Positions 29,529 to 32,000 of a stretch of 32,000 nucleotides of DNA are shown here, one piece after another. This stretch comes from Methanococcus maripaludis. Lineage in GTDB: Archaea; AGJL01; Methanococci; Methanococcales; Methanococcaceae. The translations under genes and the position numbers were made by a program. Position 1 is the first letter of the stretch; each line of letters begins with the position of its first letter. Location: NCBI RefSeq assembly GCF_002945325.1, contig NZ_CP026606.1, positions 720,001 through 752,000 of the forward strand. The letters are read 5' to 3'. Under the pieces are notes generated by a model. It was not told where the DNA came from. It did no database searches and saw nothing but the letters and a program-made list of their open reading frames with translations.

Positions 29529-29626
29529 GTTAAATTAAGATAAATTGAGAATAAATACCTGAAAAAACCCAAATTATGGTTTTATTTAATGCGGGGAAAG
29601 GTATATAAATAAAAGAAGGGATAGAT

Positions 29627-30331
29627 ATGGTGTCATTGGACAATGCTGTTATAGCAAGGCTTCAATCACATGGGGAAAAATTCGAAATACTCGTGGATCC
29701 ATACTTGGCAGCTAAATTTAAAGAAGGACAGCCAATAGGCATCTCAGAAATCTTGGCCGCTGAAACGGTTTACAAGGACTCTGGAAAAGGAGAAAAAGTT
29801 CCAGAAGACGTACTTTTGAAGATTTTTGAAACGTTAAATCCTTTGGAAATTGCAGAACAGATACTAAAAAAAGGAACTGTTCAATTAACAGCTAACCAGC
29901 GAAAAGAAATACAAGAACTAAAAAGAAAGCAGATCGTGTCGATAATTTCAAAAAACACGATAAACCCCCAGACTGATACACCTCACCCGCCTAAAAGGAT
30001 TGAAAACGCTATGGAAGAAGCTAGACTCAGTGTTGATATTTACAAAAGCGCTGAAGAACAAATTCCTAAGATTATTAAGGAATTGAGGAAACTTTTACCC
30101 ATTAAGTTTGAAAAAAGGGATGTTGCAGTCAAAATTCTTGGAGAATTCGCTGCAAATGCCTACCACACACTTCATGAATATGGCGCAACTAAACAGGAAG
30201 AATGGTTGGGCGATGGTTCGCTTGTTCTTGTAATCGAAATTCCGAGTGGTATTGAAAACGAATTTTACATGCATTTGAACAAACTTACAAAAGGAACTGT
30301 TCAAACTAAAGTACTTAAAAGATATGAATAA
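29627..30331 (+). CDS. Ribosome maturation protein SBDS/Sdo1 homologue
   Basis: MVSLDNAVIARLQSHGEKFEILVDPYLAAKFKEGQ...DTPHPPKRIENAMEEARLSVD. Confidence 0.92.
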   Translation: MVSLDNAVIARLQSHGEKFEILVDPYLAAKFKEGQPIGISEILAAETVYKDSGKGEKVPEDVLLKIFETLNPLEIAEQILKKGTVQLTANQRKEIQELKRKQIVSIISKNTINPQTDTPHPPKRIENAMEEARLSVDIYKSAEEQIPKIIKELRKLLPIKFEKRDVAVKILGEFAANAYHTLHEYGATKQEEWLGDGSLVLVIEIPSGIENEFYMHLNKLTKGTVQTKVLKRYE

Positions 30332-30360
30332 TCAATTTACGGATAGAAACAGGTGAAATA

Positions 30361-30651
30361 ATGGTAGAATTTAGCCACACTAAAAAAATTGGTTCAGCAG
30401 GAAGATTTGGATCAAGATACGGTAGAAAAATCAGAGTAAGATTAAGAGACGTTGAAATCAAACAAAACAAAGATTACAAATGCCCTGTTTGTGCATTCCC
30501 TAAATTAAAAAGAGCAGGAACCTCTATCTGGGTATGTGAAAAATGCGGTGCAAAAATCGCTGGTGGAGCATACACTCCTGAAACTGGTGCTGGTAAAGTT
30601 GTTACAAAAGCAATCAGAAGAGTTATTGAAAGTAAAAGTAGAGAAATCTAA
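30361..30651 (+). CDS. rpl37ae: 50S ribosomal protein L37Ae
   Basis: SAGRFGSRYGRKIRVRLRDVE...YKCPVCAFPKLKRAGTSIWVCEKCGAKIAGGAYTPET. Confidence 0.95.
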   Translation: MVEFSHTKKIGSAGRFGSRYGRKIRVRLRDVEIKQNKDYKCPVCAFPKLKRAGTSIWVCEKCGAKIAGGAYTPETGAGKVVTKAIRRVIESKSREI

Positions 30652-30705
30652 TTTAATTATTTTTAAACCATTTATTTTTCATTTTAAGCTTTTTTAGGTG
30701 ATATT

Positions 30706-30846
30706 ATGGCAGAGTACAGATGTTCCAACTGCGGAAAAATCGTAACTCTTGATGAAATAGGATTAAAAGCTAAATGCCCTCACTGTAGTAACAGAGTTTT
30801 GATAAAATTAAGACCTAAAATAGTTAAAAAAGTTCAGGCAAGATAA
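30706..30846 (+). CDS. rpoP: DNA-directed RNA polymerase subunit P (Rpo12), 46 aa, missing from ORF track
   Basis: Behind AGGTGAT: MAEYRCSNCGKIVTLDEIGLKAKCPHCSNRVLIKLRPKIVKKVQAR*; CxxC...CxxC zinc ribbon, RVLIK(L)RP motif. Confidence 0.9.
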   Translation: MAEYRCSNCGKIVTLDEIGLKAKCPHCSNRVLIKLRPKIVKKVQAR

Positions 30847-31340
30847 TGATAATTACGACTTCCAGAAAACCTTCTCAAAGAACCAGAAGCCTTGTAAATG
30901 ATTTAGCGAGGGTTTTTAATTTTAAAATATTAAACCGAGGAAAAATTCCTCTCTCCGAGCTAATCGAAAATAAGGACGATATGATAATTGTAGAAGAACT
31001 AAAAGGAAACCCTGGAAGGCTCAAAATATTTAATTTTGAAAATAATAAAATTCTTTCTATGAACTTATCCTTAAAACTTCAACGGGAAGTTTCAGGAAAA
31101 GCATTTAAAAATTCTGGAAAACTGGGTTCAAAGTTTGATAAAAATACTGAACATTTAAAAGAATTCTTCTTTGAATACTTATTCAAAAAATTGAGTAATT
31201 ATAAGGAAGAGAATTCTGAAGTTGTAATTACCTTTAAAACGGTTGATGAGTCCACATTTTACATTGAAGTTCACAAAGGCTCAGAAAATATGGGTCCGAG
31301 TTTGAAAATAAAAACTGTAAAAATACTCGATATTGAATAG
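30846..31340 (+). CDS. Brix-domain rRNA biogenesis protein (Imp4-like)
   Basis: MIITTSRKPSQRTRSLVNDLARVF...LNRGK; TAATG overlap with rpoP. Confidence 0.85.
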   Translation: MIITTSRKPSQRTRSLVNDLARVFNFKILNRGKIPLSELIENKDDMIIVEELKGNPGRLKIFNFENNKILSMNLSLKLQREVSGKAFKNSGKLGSKFDKNTEHLKEFFFEYLFKKLSNYKEENSEVVITFKTVDESTFYIEVHKGSENMGPSLKIKTVKILDIE

Positions 31341-31347
31341 TGTTATT

Positions 31348-31599
31348 ATGACATATCCCAAATTTACATTAAAATTGACTTTTGAAACTCCAAAAAAAGC
31401 CAGAATTATTTATGAATCTGTTTATCCAGAACATGTCGCATCGCAAGTTCGATCAAAGTGCAAAATGGACCTTTTTGAAAATTCAATTATTATTTCGTGC
31501 ATTTCTGACGAATTGAGTATCTTAAAAGCGTCTATTTATTCATATATTCGTTGGATAAAAGTTGCAGAAAGTATATATAAACTAACAGAAGATGAATAA
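31348..31599 (+). CDS. KEOPS complex subunit Pcc1
   Basis: TLKLTFETPKKARIIYESVYPEH...SIIISCISDELSILKASIYSYIRWIKVAESIY; size and position match Pcc1. ATG 31348 or TTG 31333. Confidence 0.75.
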   Translation: MTYPKFTLKLTFETPKKARIIYESVYPEHVASQVRSKCKMDLFENSIIISCISDELSILKASIYSYIRWIKVAESIYKLTEDE

Positions 31600-31656
31600 T
31601 AATTGGTAAATAAAATTAGTTTAAAAATAAATTAAACCTAAAAGAGGATTGAAATC

Positions 31657-31998
31657 ATGGAATTACCTGCAAACGTTCAAAATCAATTAATGCAATTCCA
31701 ACAACTCCAGCAGCAGTTACAAATGATAATGTACCAAAAACAGCAGTTTGAAACACAATTAAAGGAAATGGAAAAAGCTATTGAAGAAATGGAAAAATCT
31801 GATTCCGAAGAAGTATTTAAGATGGCTGGTGGAATCCTCGTTAAAAGAAACAAGGCTGAAGTAAAAGAAGAATTAAGTGAAAAGATAGAAACACTCCAGT
31901 TAAGAGTAACTACCTTTGAAAAACAAGAAGAAAAAATGCAGAAAAGATACACTGAATTACAAGAAAGCCTCCAAAAAGTAATGGGTCAGGGCCAATAA
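31657..31998 (+). CDS. pfdB: Prefoldin subunit beta
   Basis: [45 protein letters not shown]...[21 protein letters not shown]. Confidence 0.93.
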   Translation: MELPANVQNQLMQFQQLQQQLQMIMYQKQQFETQLKEMEKAIEEMEKSDSEEVFKMAGGILVKRNKAEVKEELSEKIETLQLRVTTFEKQEEKMQKRYTELQESLQKVMGQGQ

Positions 31999-32000
31999 AT

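Noticed and set aside
1-32000. CRISPR array, IS/transposon, prophage or tRNA genes
   Set aside because: No regularly spaced direct repeats, transposase or integrase motifs, or cloverleaf-like sequences recognised by eye; a tRNAscan/CRISPR finder run would settle it.

Overview
Archaeal chromosomal window, almost certainly Methanococcus (AT-rich, GGTGAT-type Shine-Dalgarno sites, TTTATATA boxes, methanogen-specific genes). It is densely coding and mostly housekeeping: hisI, RFAP synthase, CBS protein, TraB-family protein, TPR lipoprotein, a large secreted beta-helix/Ig-like protein with an acidic low-complexity tail, hypE, comA, an ABC-ATPase / P-loop GTPase / Fe-S protein trio followed convergently by a larC homologue, truA, marC-type, MscS, tyrS, DUF2067-like + rpoL, the L1-L10-L12 operon, tbp, hisH, PHP, NAD(P)HX repair, ADP-forming acyl-CoA synthetase, psmA-SBDS-L37Ae-rpoP-Brix-Pcc1-prefoldin. 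No CRISPR, IS element, prophage or tRNA was recognised. The most notable signal is a gene absent from the ORF track: on the minus strand at 28279..28575, a 98-residue HesB/IscA-like protein is read through an in-frame UGA (Sec35, GFG-U-GGPKFG). It is followed immediately by an archaeal-type SECIS hairpin (GAA/A internal loop, CCC/GGG stem) at 28245..28288. Other items are a 31-aa Gln/Lys microprotein at 18625..18720, missed by the ORF track, a structured non-coding stretch at 18787..18860, the L1 autoregulatory mimic inside rpl1, a nickel/metallocenter-themed neighbourhood, and a proteasome/SBDS superoperon with no exosome genes.
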